NCBI GenBank assembly: GCA_021852275.1
Contig: JAJZNX010000096.1
Span: 1 to 57,989 of the forward strand
Direction: 5' to 3'
DNA length: 57,989 nucleotides
DNA from: Planctomycetota bacterium
GTDB taxonomy: Bacteria; Planctomycetota; Phycisphaerae; WQYP01
How positions within the stretch are numbered: the first letter of the stretch is position 1; the number at the start of each line of letters is the position of its first letter. The position numbers and the translations under genes are program-made. This document shows positions 1 to 9,659 of this stretch, one piece after another. The notes under the pieces are model-generated. The model did not search any database. It saw nothing but the letters and a program-made list of their open reading frames with translations, and was not told the origin of the DNA.

Positions 1-85
1 TGCCCTCCTGCACGTCCACCTGGTAATCCACAAAGGCCCCACCGTTGGAATCACCCCGCCAGACTTTAAATACTCGCGTACTCAT
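1..85 (-). CDS. sdhB: Succinate dehydrogenase/fumarate reductase iron-sulfur subunit, 5' part only (runs off the window)
   Basis: Not in the ORF track. ATG at 85-83 overlaps the sdhA TGA (ATGA) and reads MSTRVFKVWRGDSNGGAFVDYQVDVQEG, a typical SdhB N-terminus. Confidence 0.85.
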   Translation of the reverse strand, partial: MSTRVFKVWRGDSNGGAFVDYQVDVQEG

Positions 86-1815
86 TTCTTTTCCTTGGCT
101 TTCTTGTCATCCACCAGCGGCTGAAGTTCCGCAGTTTTTACTACCGGACACGCTTCCACCTTTATCTGCCCCCCATCCCTGGTTACCAGTAGATTGTGTT
201 CGCCCCAGTAATCATCATATTTGGGAAAATCAAGGCGACTGTGAGCACCGCGGCTTTCCTGGCGGCGCAGCGCTGCACGCGTAATGGCCTCGGCACAAAT
301 GAGCATATTGTGTAAATCCCGGCACAAATGCCAGCCGGGATTAAACATCCGCTGCCCCTCTATTACTCCCACATTCTGGGCCCGTTGCTTGAATTCTTCA
401 AGTTTGGCAATGGCAGCGGTCAAATCCTTTTCTTCACGGAAAATGCCCACCAGCCTTTGCATGGTATTTTGCAAATCCAGGTGCAGTTTATAGGGATCTT
501 CTGCACCCGCACGACCAAAGAAACCCGTCATTTCACCCGCCGCGCTCTCCACCTCTGCGACATCCACCTTCGGCGCCAATGCCGTTTTCGCATATTCAGC
601 CGCTCCCAGTCCGGCCCGTCGGCCAAAAACCACCAGATCAGACAGCGAATTTCCTCCCAGCCGGTTGGCACCGTTCATTCCTCCGGTACATTCCCCGGCT
701 GCAAACAAACCCGGAACCCGTGTGGCCCCGGTTTCTGCGGCAACCTTCAGCCCACCCATGGCATAATGACACGTGGGACCTACTTCCATAGGCTCCCGCG
801 TAATATCCACATCGGCCAGTTCTTTGAACTGATGATACATGCTCGGTAATTTCTTTTTCACGTATTCAGCACCGCGATGCGAAATATCCAGAAAACATCC
901 GCCGTGCGGCGATCCCCGTCCTTCCTTCACTTCGGTATAAATCGCCCGCGCCACCACATCCCGAGTCGAAAGTTCCATCCGCTTGGGATCATATTTTTCC
1001 ATGAATCGCTCTCCCTTGTTGTTGCGCAGTATTCCGCCCTCCCCGCGCACCGCTTCCGTTACCAGCAATCCCTGTACGCCCGGCGGCCAGACCATGCCCG
1101 TGGGATGAAACTGCACAAACTCCATATCCAGAAGTTCCGCCCCTGCTTCAAACCCCAATGCGTGTCCGTCACCGGTGCCTTCCCACGAATTCGAGGTAAT
1201 TTTATAACACCGCCCCAGGCCGCCTGTGGCCAACACAACGGCTTTGGCCTTGAATACCACAAACCTTCCCGTTTCCCTCCAATACCCAAAGGCCCCACAC
1301 ACCCGATCGCCGTCCTTCAGCAGCCGGGTAATGGTGCATTCCATATACACATCAATTCCCTGATGAATGCCTTTATCCTGCAGGGTGCGAATCAGTTCCA
1401 ATCCGGTGCGATCACCCACGTGGGCCAGGCGCTTATACGTATGTCCGCCAAAGGCCCGCTGTAAAATTTTACCCTCCGGCGTGCGGTCAAATACCGCACC
1501 CCAGCGTTCCAGTTCACGCACACGCTCCGGAGCTTCCCGCGCATGAAGTTCCGCCATGCGCCAATTATTGAGATACTTGCCGCCAAAAATCGTATCCTGA
1601 AAATGCGTTTGCCAACCGTCCTGCGAATCCACGTTGGCCAACGCTGCGGCAATTCCGCCTTCGGCCATCACGGTGTGCGCCTTGCCTAAAAGTGATTTAC
1701 AGATCAGTGCCGTCTTGAGACCAGAGGCGGAACATTCAATAGCCGCCCGCAACCCCGCGCCGCCGGCACCAATAATGATTACATCATGTTCGTGTGTTTC
1801 GTATTTATCGTTCAC
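82..1815 (-). CDS. sdhA: Succinate dehydrogenase/fumarate reductase flavoprotein subunit
   Basis: Motifs GAGGAG (FAD), KAHTVMAEGG (covalent FAD His), QFHPTG, TEAVRGEGG, HYAMGG, GANRLGGNSL and ESRGAH. Confidence 0.96.
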   Translation of the reverse strand: MNDKYETHEHDVIIIGAGGAGLRAAIECSASGLKTALICKSLLGKAHTVMAEGGIAAALANVDSQDGWQTHFQDTIFGGKYLNNWRMAELHAREAPERVRELERWGAVFDRTPEGKILQRAFGGHTYKRLAHVGDRTGLELIRTLQDKGIHQGIDVYMECTITRLLKDGDRVCGAFGYWRETGRFVVFKAKAVVLATGGLGRCYKITSNSWEGTGDGHALGFEAGAELLDMEFVQFHPTGMVWPPGVQGLLVTEAVRGEGGILRNNKGERFMEKYDPKRMELSTRDVVARAIYTEVKEGRGSPHGGCFLDISHRGAEYVKKKLPSMYHQFKELADVDITREPMEVGPTCHYAMGGLKVAAETGATRVPGLFAAGECTGGMNGANRLGGNSLSDLVVFGRRAGLGAAEYAKTALAPKVDVAEVESAAGEMTGFFGRAGAEDPYKLHLDLQNTMQRLVGIFREEKDLTAAIAKLEEFKQRAQNVGVIEGQRMFNPGWHLCRDLHNMLICAEAITRAALRRQESRGAHSRLDFPKYDDYWGEHNLLVTRDGGQIKVEACPVVKTAELQPLVDDKKAKEKK

Positions 1816-2609
1816 TTGATTATAAATAACCTCACATCAGGCAGCGTTCCCATGGCACACAGGCGAATGTACAAATCGGTCAGCCCCACTGAAAACAGGC
1901 TTACCCAGGCCCATTCCGCGTGCCGTAAATTCAGAATTGATACCTTGCCCCAGATTTTATAACGGGCCCGGGCCGTCCGCGAACAACTGAAACAATCCAG
2001 CTTTCCGCCCACCAGATGCCGCAGCGAATTACAACCGAAGCTGAATCCGGAAAGCGCTATGACATTGATCAACATCACCAGCGACCCCACACCCACCCCG
2101 AAATGCAGGTGTCCCGCCGCACTCCGGAAAAAAAATGCCCGTACCGCGTCATACCACAAAAACAACAGCACAATCGTTGCAAGGTAAAAAAAGTAACGGT
2201 GTATATTCTGTAAAATAAAAGGAAATTTACGCTCGCCATGATAGTGCCGGTGCTTCGGCTCACCCACCGCACATGCCGCCGGATCCGCAAAAAACGCCCG
2301 GTAATAAGTTTTGCGGTAATAATAGCATGTCGCCCGAAAACCCAGCGGTATCCACAAAATCAAAAAAGCAAATGAAAACGGCAGATGCAACCCAAACCAC
2401 AACTGCACCTGCGGTGAATAAAAGGGCGAAAGGTAATACGCCCCGTGACCGGTGAAAAGAAAATTATCGCCCTGCCAGGCCGCCCAGGTGGAATAAATGC
2501 CAAACGCGGACAACCCGATAAACACCAGCAGCGGCTTGACCCACCAGTTATCCCGCCGCTGCGTTACGCCAAAACCCTTGTGTTCAAGAATGGAAACGCT
2601 TTCCGCCAT
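1812..2609 (-). CDS. Single-subunit succinate dehydrogenase membrane anchor (Rv0249c/Sdh1-like)
   Basis: Multi-TM protein with LSPFYSP, FRATCYYYRK, QNIHRYF and GCNSLRH motifs; 4-nt overlap with the sdhA start. Start trimmed to ATG 2609. Confidence 0.85.
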   Translation of the reverse strand: MAESVSILEHKGFGVTQRRDNWWVKPLLVFIGLSAFGIYSTWAAWQGDNFLFTGHGAYYLSPFYSPQVQLWFGLHLPFSFAFLILWIPLGFRATCYYYRKTYYRAFFADPAACAVGEPKHRHYHGERKFPFILQNIHRYFFYLATIVLLFLWYDAVRAFFFRSAAGHLHFGVGVGSLVMLINVIALSGFSFGCNSLRHLVGGKLDCFSCSRTARARYKIWGKVSILNLRHAEWAWVSLFSVGLTDLYIRLCAMGTLPDVRLFIIK

Positions 2610-2947
2610 GATGGATTCCTGTATTGTGCCGCTGTTTCGGCCCGCCACAACTGTTTGAATGATGAAGGCATTATCAAATGAACGCCCACCATTTTTTGCC
2701 GACAGGGGATTCTAGCAATCATGGGAAAATGCGTCAATTGCGCCTGGCCTTATAGATCACGCGTGGCAATACCCGGCCCCCATAGGCTCCAGCGAACCGG
2801 ACTTCCCATGCGGCAGTCGATCAGACCCAGGCGTGCTGGCGATATTGCACCACCTGCACATCTGGCAGAGCGTACGTGGGAGCTTCGCAAAATCACGGTT
2901 CGGCGTTTTCGCTAAACGCCAGCACCTCCCGATTTGGTTGAGAGCTT

Positions 2948-3952
2948 TTAGACCCCGAGCGTACGACCGGACATCCACTGACCGATCAGCAACTGCGATC
3001 GCTGAGCCTGCGGCGGTCGTACCTGTTGCCCTAAAAACATATTGGCTGCCTCCACACCCAACGAAAATCGATCAAATTCAACGCGGCTAAGATCTGGAAA
3101 TGTGAACTGGCCGTCTGCTTCACTGTCGCAGCTCACCAGTCGATAATCGCGGCCCACGATATACCCGGCCAAAGTCGCGGCATTCACAAAAGCCTGCGCC
3201 ATCAGCGAGTTGTATGCAATGACTCCCCGATGAACATTAAGCCGGGTAAAGACGAAATGAGGCAGATCCGATATCGTAGCAAGCTCGTGAACCTCCATTT
3301 TCACCCCGGTTGCCTGGGCCACTCGCCGGGCACCTTCTAAACGCTGAGCAAGACTGTAATGACTATGTGGCGACAACGGATAACCGATCCAGATTATTTC
3401 ATCACACCCAACATCCACCAGTGCCTGGGCCGCCATCCGTCCTGCCAACAGTTCATCGCGTCGCAGGCAATTGGTCGGATGCCAGATATTGCTTTCCACC
3501 CATATTGCGTTCTCATAAAAGGTTTTAACGCGGGCTATCACATCTGGCGGCATCGTGGAAATGACAATCAAACCATCAATCAGGCGTTCTCGGAAAATTC
3601 GTGGTTCTTGTTCACCTTGTGCCGCGATATCGCCAACCCGAATCAGCGTTGTCAGGTAACCATGCGATTGCAAACACTCATTAATGCCTAAAATTATTTC
3701 ATAAGCCGCCAGGAAATGAAATCTGCTCGTCGCCGTATTGCGAATCAAAATTCCGACCGCAGAACTTTTCTGCTGTACCATGGCGCGTGCCGCACCGCTG
3801 GGACGGAAGTTAAGCCGCCGGGCAATGGCGTTCACCTGAGCCGTATTACGAATCACATCGGAGCGAGAATGTTTGCGCTTGCCGTTAAGTATTTTGGAGA
3901 CCGTGCCGATGGAAAGGCCCGCTTCTTTCGCAATGTCACGGATCGTTGCCAT
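2948..3952 (-). CDS. LacI-family transcriptional regulator
   Basis: N-terminal ATIRDIAKEAGLSIGTVSKILN helix-turn-helix, hinge FRPSGAARAM, periplasmic-binding-protein-like C-domain. Confidence 0.95.
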   Translation of the reverse strand: MATIRDIAKEAGLSIGTVSKILNGKRKHSRSDVIRNTAQVNAIARRLNFRPSGAARAMVQQKSSAVGILIRNTATSRFHFLAAYEIILGINECLQSHGYLTTLIRVGDIAAQGEQEPRIFRERLIDGLIVISTMPPDVIARVKTFYENAIWVESNIWHPTNCLRRDELLAGRMAAQALVDVGCDEIIWIGYPLSPHSHYSLAQRLEGARRVAQATGVKMEVHELATISDLPHFVFTRLNVHRGVIAYNSLMAQAFVNAATLAGYIVGRDYRLVSCDSEADGQFTFPDLSRVEFDRFSLGVEAANMFLGQQVRPPQAQRSQLLIGQWMSGRTLGV

Positions 3953-3993
3953 ACCTACCGTTTGCCAAAACCCAATTTTTCACATCAACACGA

Positions 3994-4023
3994 AGTGTAT
4001 CCTCCAAGGGCGGACCAAGTCAA
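3994..4023 (-). promoter_or_regulatory. Candidate sigma70 promoter for the LacI gene
   Basis: TTGACT-N18-TACACT on the minus strand, about 40 nt before the ATG. Confidence 0.5.
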
Positions 4024-4078
4024 ACCTCGGTCGGGGTGTATTCGGCAGACTTCTGGATTGCCCGCACAGTCGTCTTGA

Positions 4079-4106
4079 TTGACTTCCCGGTGCGTTAAGA
4101 TACACT
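4079..4106 (+). promoter_or_regulatory. Candidate sigma70 promoter for the oxidoreductase/TIM-barrel operon
   Basis: TTGACT-N16-TACACT, the same hexamers as the divergent promoter. Confidence 0.55.
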
Positions 4107-4121
4107 ATCAAAAATGATGAT

Positions 4122-4138
4122 AGGAAAATGTTTTTCCT
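4122..4138. promoter_or_regulatory. Candidate LacI operator
   Basis: Inverted repeat AGGAAAA-TGT-TTTTCCT just downstream of the predicted promoter, next to the lacI-family gene. Confidence 0.55.
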
Positions 4139-4186
4139 TAGCTTTCAAACGTCCGATATTGATGATACTGGAGGCTGGAGGCATAA

Positions 4187-5299
4187 ATGTCAGCGCTTCG
4201 ACTCGGGGTTATTGGCTGCGGGTTCATTGGACACCAACACCTGCGTGCGGCTCGGCGTCTGGATCAAGTTGCACTTTCAGCCGTCGTAGATGCGGATGCG
4301 CTTCGGGCGAAAACCACAGCCGACGAATTCAATGTGCCAACCAGCAGTTCGCAGGCTGCGACCATCATAAATGACGACAATATAGATGCCATCGTATTGG
4401 CAATCCCTACCGCCGGCCGAGCCGCATTAGCCATGGCCGCTCTCAATGCCGGCAAACATGTCCTGCTGGAAAAACCTGTGGCCATGAATGCCGCGGAAGT
4501 TAGTTCCATGCTCGCTGCCCAGGGAAACTTAACATGTGCGTGCGCCTCAGCTCGCTACCGTTTCACCAATGCCGCTGAAAAAGCCACCCGGTTTCTCGCC
4601 AGTGGAGCTTTGGGAGACCTGAGAATGTTGCGCTGCCGGGCAGTCCAGGGGGTTGGAGTTCCACCCCAAAATTCCCCGCCACACTGGCGGGTCAATCGCT
4701 CACTCAATGGAGGTGGCATTCTCGTTAATTGGGGAAGCTACGATCTGGATTTTCTGCTGGGTATCACCGGGTGGGCACTTAAGCCAACGGAGGTTTTAGC
4801 CCAGACCTGGCGTGTGGCACCGCAATTATCGGCACATATTGCACCAGGCTCCGATGCAGAAAGCCACGTTACTGCTCTGATACGGTGCCAACAGGACTGT
4901 TGTATTGTCTTGGAGCGCGGTGAATTTCTTGCGGCTCCGAGCGAAAACATTTGGGAGATTATCGGGTCCAAGGGAACCCTGAGGATCAACATGAGTCGCA
5001 TCGCCGGATCATATTCACTCAAATACTATCACGCAGATCCACAACGGGGCCTTAACTCAGAGGTTCTCTGGGAGGCAACCACAGCCGAATCGGATCAGGA
5101 CGACGTCATTCTAGCCGATGGTCCATTAAGTGATTTTGTCGCCGCTATCCGCGACAGACGCCCTCCACGGACCGGCTTGCAAGAGGCCTTGACCATTGCA
5201 CACATTACTGACGCCATCTATGCGTCAGCCGCTTGTGGTCGTGCGGTAGCTGTTGTCTCAGCAATGGAATATGCTACGTGCTCGGCGGCAAGTTCTTGA
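4187..5299 (+). CDS. Gfo/Idh/MocA-family NAD(P)-dependent oxidoreductase
   Basis: GVIGCGFIG Rossmann motif, GKHVLLEKP, GGGILVNWGSYDLD; RBS GGAGG. Confidence 0.93.
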   Translation: MSALRLGVIGCGFIGHQHLRAARRLDQVALSAVVDADALRAKTTADEFNVPTSSSQAATIINDDNIDAIVLAIPTAGRAALAMAALNAGKHVLLEKPVAMNAAEVSSMLAAQGNLTCACASARYRFTNAAEKATRFLASGALGDLRMLRCRAVQGVGVPPQNSPPHWRVNRSLNGGGILVNWGSYDLDFLLGITGWALKPTEVLAQTWRVAPQLSAHIAPGSDAESHVTALIRCQQDCCIVLERGEFLAAPSENIWEIIGSKGTLRINMSRIAGSYSLKYYHADPQRGLNSEVLWEATTAESDQDDVILADGPLSDFVAAIRDRRPPRTGLQEALTIAHITDAIYASAACGRAVAVVSAMEYATCSAASS

Positions 5300-5314
5300 C
5301 GGGAGTTTGGACTG

Positions 5315-6175
5315 ATGCAACTCGGAGTTTTTACCGCAATGATGGTCGAAGGCCGCGTTTTTGACGGCACCGGACGGAAGCTTACACCTGATCAATACAT
5401 CGAACTAATCGCGGCAGCCGGTTATCGTGGAATCGAATGGGGAATCGCGGATAGCTACGCCCTCACCCCCGGCATGGCCGAGCGCGATGGCCAGCGGCTT
5501 GAACGGTTGGGACGTGATTGCGGACTTGAAACGGTCGCAGTCGCATCCGGAGCTTTGGCTCACGACATGGAGTCTGTCCAACGGATGTTGGATATAGCCG
5601 CAATCTTTCATACTCCCGCATTACGCATCGGTCTGCGTGCCTATGATCCCCAAAAAACCTATGCTGATCAAATAAAACAATGTGCCGAGGATTTCGCGGG
5701 TGCTTTACACATCACCGTTTCTTACAAGATCAAACTCGTACTGGAAATTCATTTTGGCTCTCTGCTGCCGAGTCCGAGCCTGGCACAGCGATTCATTTCT
5801 CAGTTCAAACCAGCGGCAGCAGGTCTTATATTCGACCCAGGCAACATGGTGGTGGAAGGTTGCGAACCTTGGCCGGTGAGTGTGGAACTTCTCGGCCCAT
5901 ATCTTGACCACGTGCATGTAAAAAACCTGCGGTGGACCTGGACCAACCTGGATTGGAAGGAACATCCCACTCCACATAAACATTGGCAATGGCAACTTAG
6001 CGCATTGGATAAAGGCCAGGTAAATTGGCAACAGGTGATTATGGCCTTGCGCCAAGTCAATTATTGCGGATGGCTGATGCTCGAAGATTTTTCAACGCGG
6101 CCTTTGAAGCAAAAACTTCGGCAAGGCCACCATTTTCTCACGCAGCTTCTGGCTGAACCAAAAATCACCCGGTAA
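5315..6175 (+). CDS. Sugar phosphate isomerase/epimerase family (xylose-isomerase-like TIM barrel)
   Basis: Metal-site motifs LEIH, FDPGN, HVHVKN and LMLED. Confidence 0.88.
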   Translation: MQLGVFTAMMVEGRVFDGTGRKLTPDQYIELIAAAGYRGIEWGIADSYALTPGMAERDGQRLERLGRDCGLETVAVASGALAHDMESVQRMLDIAAIFHTPALRIGLRAYDPQKTYADQIKQCAEDFAGALHITVSYKIKLVLEIHFGSLLPSPSLAQRFISQFKPAAAGLIFDPGNMVVEGCEPWPVSVELLGPYLDHVHVKNLRWTWTNLDWKEHPTPHKHWQWQLSALDKGQVNWQQVIMALRQVNYCGWLMLEDFSTRPLKQKLRQGHHFLTQLLAEPKITR

Positions 6176-6290
6176 ACAGTTGCGCACGAATACATCATCA
6201 ATTCAAACGCATTATGCGCTCACCAGCAGCATACATTGCGGCACTGAGGCCAGGTGCATGGCGGCAATAATTATCCATACCTGGTTATTG

Positions 6291-7517
6291 CTATGTCTGT
6301 AAATCCACCGGCAACAGGCGAGGATGGAACTTGGCCAACGATTTGAGCATTTGCTGGATATGTTTCCGATCATGTGTTTCGACGGTACAAAGCACCTGCA
6401 CCGCCGAGATATCCGGCCCGGCAAAGGCCCGATCATGCGCTACATCCATGATGCTCGCGTTAGCCTCCGCCAGGCACGCCGCAAACTCCGCCAGGCCGCC
6501 GGGGCGATCGCTGATCGTAGCAGTAAACCGACACAAGCGGCCATCTGCAACCAATCCTTTGTCAATCACACGACTGAGCACAATTGGATCGATGTTACCG
6601 CCGCTAAGCACCAGCACCACACGACGTCCGGCCAGTTCTGCCAGTTGTCCGCTTAGAAACGCTGCCAGCCCTGCCGCACCTGCCCCTTCCACCACCATTT
6701 TTTCCTGTTCCAGCAGGCGCAAAATCGCCAACGCCAGATGTTCTTCACCCACGTCCACCACCCTGTCGACATATTGTCTTGCCAGGGCAAAGGACACGAC
6801 TCCAATTTGTCCAACAGCCAGGCCATCAGCCAGTGTGGGCCGGGGTTCCACCAGCGTGGGTTGCTGCGACCGTAGGGCCTGTTGGTACCCCGGAGAATTC
6901 TTTGATTCCACTCCAATAATCATAACCTGCGGACGCAGCGCCTTTACCGCTAACGCTACGCCGGCAATAAGCCCCGCGCCACCCACTGGAACAATGATCG
7001 CGTCGCAATCCGGCACCTGCTCTAAAATCTCCAGCCCCAGGGAGCCCTGCCCGGCAATGATGGCCGGATCATTGAAGCCGTGAATGTATGTCAAATGCCG
7101 TTCTTTAACCAGATCATCGGCCTTCGCTCTGGCCTCAGCTAACGTCCGGCCATGAAGCACGACATGGGCATTAAGACTGCGGCAATTCGCGATTTTAATC
7201 AGTGGAGCAAATACCGGCATCACCACGGTAACGGGTATGCCCAATAACTTTCCGTGGTAGCTCAAGCCCAGAGCGTGATTGCCGGCCGAAGCTGCAATCA
7301 CGCCTCGACGACGCTGCTCATCTGACAGCAGCAGCAAAGCGTTGCGTGCCCCTCGCTCCTTAAAACTGCCGGTACGATGCAAATGTTCCATTTTGCAAAA
7401 TATTCGGCTCCCGGTGAGTTCTGAAAGCGAAAGTGATTCTGGACAGGGTGTAACCGCAATCGTTCCTGCAAGACGGCCGCGTGCTGCCTGTATATCGCCA
7501 AGGGTTAGCTTCATCAT
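6291..7517 (-). CDS. ilvA: Threonine ammonia-lyase with one C-terminal ACT domain
   Basis: TGSFKERGA (PLP lysine), ASAGNHA, PVGGAGL, LSGGNID and ACT motif DRPGGL. Start trimmed to ATG 7517. Confidence 0.92.
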   Translation of the reverse strand: MMKLTLGDIQAARGRLAGTIAVTPCPESLSLSELTGSRIFCKMEHLHRTGSFKERGARNALLLLSDEQRRRGVIAASAGNHALGLSYHGKLLGIPVTVVMPVFAPLIKIANCRSLNAHVVLHGRTLAEARAKADDLVKERHLTYIHGFNDPAIIAGQGSLGLEILEQVPDCDAIIVPVGGAGLIAGVALAVKALRPQVMIIGVESKNSPGYQQALRSQQPTLVEPRPTLADGLAVGQIGVVSFALARQYVDRVVDVGEEHLALAILRLLEQEKMVVEGAGAAGLAAFLSGQLAELAGRRVVLVLSGGNIDPIVLSRVIDKGLVADGRLCRFTATISDRPGGLAEFAACLAEANASIMDVAHDRAFAGPDISAVQVLCTVETHDRKHIQQMLKSLAKFHPRLLPVDLQT

Positions 7518-7530
7518 GGCCTGCTTCAGT

Positions 7531-8595
7531 TCAATCCGCCAACCACTGGTCCCTGTGCGCTGCGACAAACGCATCATCGTTAAGATGGGGATAGGCCTGA
7601 TACACACGATCTATGGCCTGCATCTGGCCGGGACCCAGTGTCTCGCGTGGATCCAGGCACCAGATGCCTTCTAACAATCCCTGCCGACATAATACCTCAT
7701 GGAGTCCCGCAATACATCCTCCAAACCCATTGGCCGCATCAAAAAAGGCGGCGTTACAGTCCGTCACCTCCATTGCCAGTCGAAGTAGTTCAGGCGTTAT
7801 AGGCTGCCGGCCACGAACGGCCCGCTGACACTGTTCAAACAGCCAAACGGCTTTTTTTGTCCATACTGACCAGTGCCCCAGCAACCCGCCGTGGATTCGC
7901 CCTGTTTTCATTTTGTTACCAACCTGAAAGCGCCATGGTGTCAGCAAGTCCAGCACAATGTTATCGTCATTGCCGGTGTAAAGAACAATGTCCTGACGGC
8001 CACTCTCCATTACGGCGCGAACCACATCCAATGTCTGATAACGGTTAAATGGAGCAACTTTTACCGCCACCAAATTAGGTAATTCCGCCAACCGCCGCCA
8101 GAAAGAATACGGCAAAACTCTTCCTCCCACGGCCGGCTGCAAATAAAAACCGATGATCGGAATAATTTGCGAAATGGTCTGGCAGTGACTGATCAGGGCG
8201 TCTTGAGATTCCCTGGAAAGTGCCGCCAGGCTCAATAACCCGGCATGGTAGCCCAAGTCGGCCAGCAACATCGCCTCCCGAACCGCCTGGCGAGTCTTTC
8301 CACAAATGCCACCGATGCATACCACAGGCCGCTTCAGGCGGCTTTCAGCCCGCCGAACTTCCAGCATCGCCAATGTTAATACAGGTGCCAGCAAATCAAA
8401 GCGTTTATCACGAATTGCAAATTGTGTGGTATGCACACCGACCGCCAAACCACCCGCACCAGCCGCCAGATAATAGCGTGAGAGTGCCCGCTGCCGGCGT
8501 TCATCCAGTCGCCGCCGTGCGTTCAAAGCTAACGGATGTGCTGGTATAACTACACCTGCTTGAAGAACCTGCCGTACTTTGAAGTCCATGGTCAT
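7531..8595 (-). CDS. Dihydrodipicolinate-synthase-family (class I aldolase-like) protein
   Basis: VIPAHPLAL, GVHTTQF, GFYLQP, Schiff-base Lys in AVKVAPF, LYTGNDD. Confidence 0.85.
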   Translation of the reverse strand: MTMDFKVRQVLQAGVVIPAHPLALNARRRLDERRQRALSRYYLAAGAGGLAVGVHTTQFAIRDKRFDLLAPVLTLAMLEVRRAESRLKRPVVCIGGICGKTRQAVREAMLLADLGYHAGLLSLAALSRESQDALISHCQTISQIIPIIGFYLQPAVGGRVLPYSFWRRLAELPNLVAVKVAPFNRYQTLDVVRAVMESGRQDIVLYTGNDDNIVLDLLTPWRFQVGNKMKTGRIHGGLLGHWSVWTKKAVWLFEQCQRAVRGRQPITPELLRLAMEVTDCNAAFFDAANGFGGCIAGLHEVLCRQGLLEGIWCLDPRETLGPGQMQAIDRVYQAYPHLNDDAFVAAHRDQWLAD

Positions 8596-9659
8596 TAAAA
8601 ACTTCCATCGCGCGATTCAAAGTGTGTAGGCTTATTAAGGGTAGCCCCACCTCGTTGAACCCAATCACTGATCCACTGCATTAACGCCGGTGCCTCCACC
8701 CGGACTGCACCAAACAGGCTCTGTCCCAATGTCCCATTACTTAATAAAGCATTGGTACTTTCAGTGCCACTAAAGTGGACCGTTTTTCCCATCCACCTGC
8801 CGAATGACTCACACACCCGACGCACGCTTAGAATTTCCGGTCCGGCAACGTTGAGCACAAAAGGCGGATGCGCCACATGGGCCAAGGCAGCCAACGCCAT
8901 AGCGTTGGCATCCGCCTGCCAGATCACATTAAAGTGTCCCATGGCTACGTCAACGGTTTCTTCTTGCCAGACCTTACGGGCCAGATCCACCAATACGCCA
9001 TAACGCAACTCACAGGCATAGTTGAGGCGAATGATCGTAACCGGCACCTGCCGGGTGCGACTGAAGTGCTCAAAAATGCGTTCCCGCCCCAGACAACTCA
9101 TGGCGTATTCGCCAACCGGATGGGGCGCATCGTTTTCGACCGAGCCGCCGAGTGCCAACGGGCACAGACCATAAACATTGCCGGTGGAAAAGGCCACGAT
9201 CTGGCTGTCGGGGAAACGGCGGCACACCAATCCCGGCAACCACGTGTTCATCGCCCAGGTCAGACTGGCGTTGCCCGTGGACCCAAATTTCATCCCCGCC
9301 ATATAGATTATATTTTGTGCTGGGGGCACTGTGACGAATTGGCTTTCGTCGAGCAAATCGCACTGGATCGTTTCGACTCCCCAGTCTTCAAGCTGGCGGC
9401 GCAGGTTCGGCTGGGAAAACCGTGCCACTCCGATTACCCGGCCCCCGGCCTGCACTGCGTCCTTGGCTCTTCGCGCCATGTGTGCCAGGCTCGGGCCCAT
9501 TTTTCCCGCGACCCCCAAGATCAACACGTCCCCCTGCACACGACGAAAAGTATCCAAGACGGCGGCTGTCGGCGTACTTAATAAATTTTCCAAATGAGGC
9601 TCGTCGGCGATTCGCGGCGGCAGGATGTCATCATGGAAATTCATAGCGAGTCGCCGCAT
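8595..9659 (-). CDS. NAD-dependent epimerase/dehydratase (SDR)
   Basis: LGVAGKMG nucleotide-binding motif, FSTGNVYG, EYAMSCLGRE, RLNYA; abuts the DHDPS-like gene. Confidence 0.87.
   Translation of the reverse strand: MRRLAMNFHDDILPPRIADEPHLENLLSTPTAAVLDTFRRVQGDVLILGVAGKMGPSLAHMARRAKDAVQAGGRVIGVARFSQPNLRRQLEDWGVETIQCDLLDESQFVTVPPAQNIIYMAGMKFGSTGNASLTWAMNTWLPGLVCRRFPDSQIVAFSTGNVYGLCPLALGGSVENDAPHPVGEYAMSCLGRERIFEHFSRTRQVPVTIIRLNYACELRYGVLVDLARKVWQEETVDVAMGHFNVIWQADANAMALAALAHVAHPPFVLNVAGPEILSVRRVCESFGRWMGKTVHFSGTESTNALLSNGTLGQSLFGAVRVEAPALMQWISDWVQRGGATLNKPTHFESRDGSF

Noticed and set aside
6331-7083. 250-aa plus-strand ORF and similar long ORFs (8868-9581, 14128-14793, 29871-30551, 45975-46655, 48014-48829)
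   Set aside because: These are antisense shadows of well-supported genes, expected in GC-rich DNA, with no recognisable motifs.
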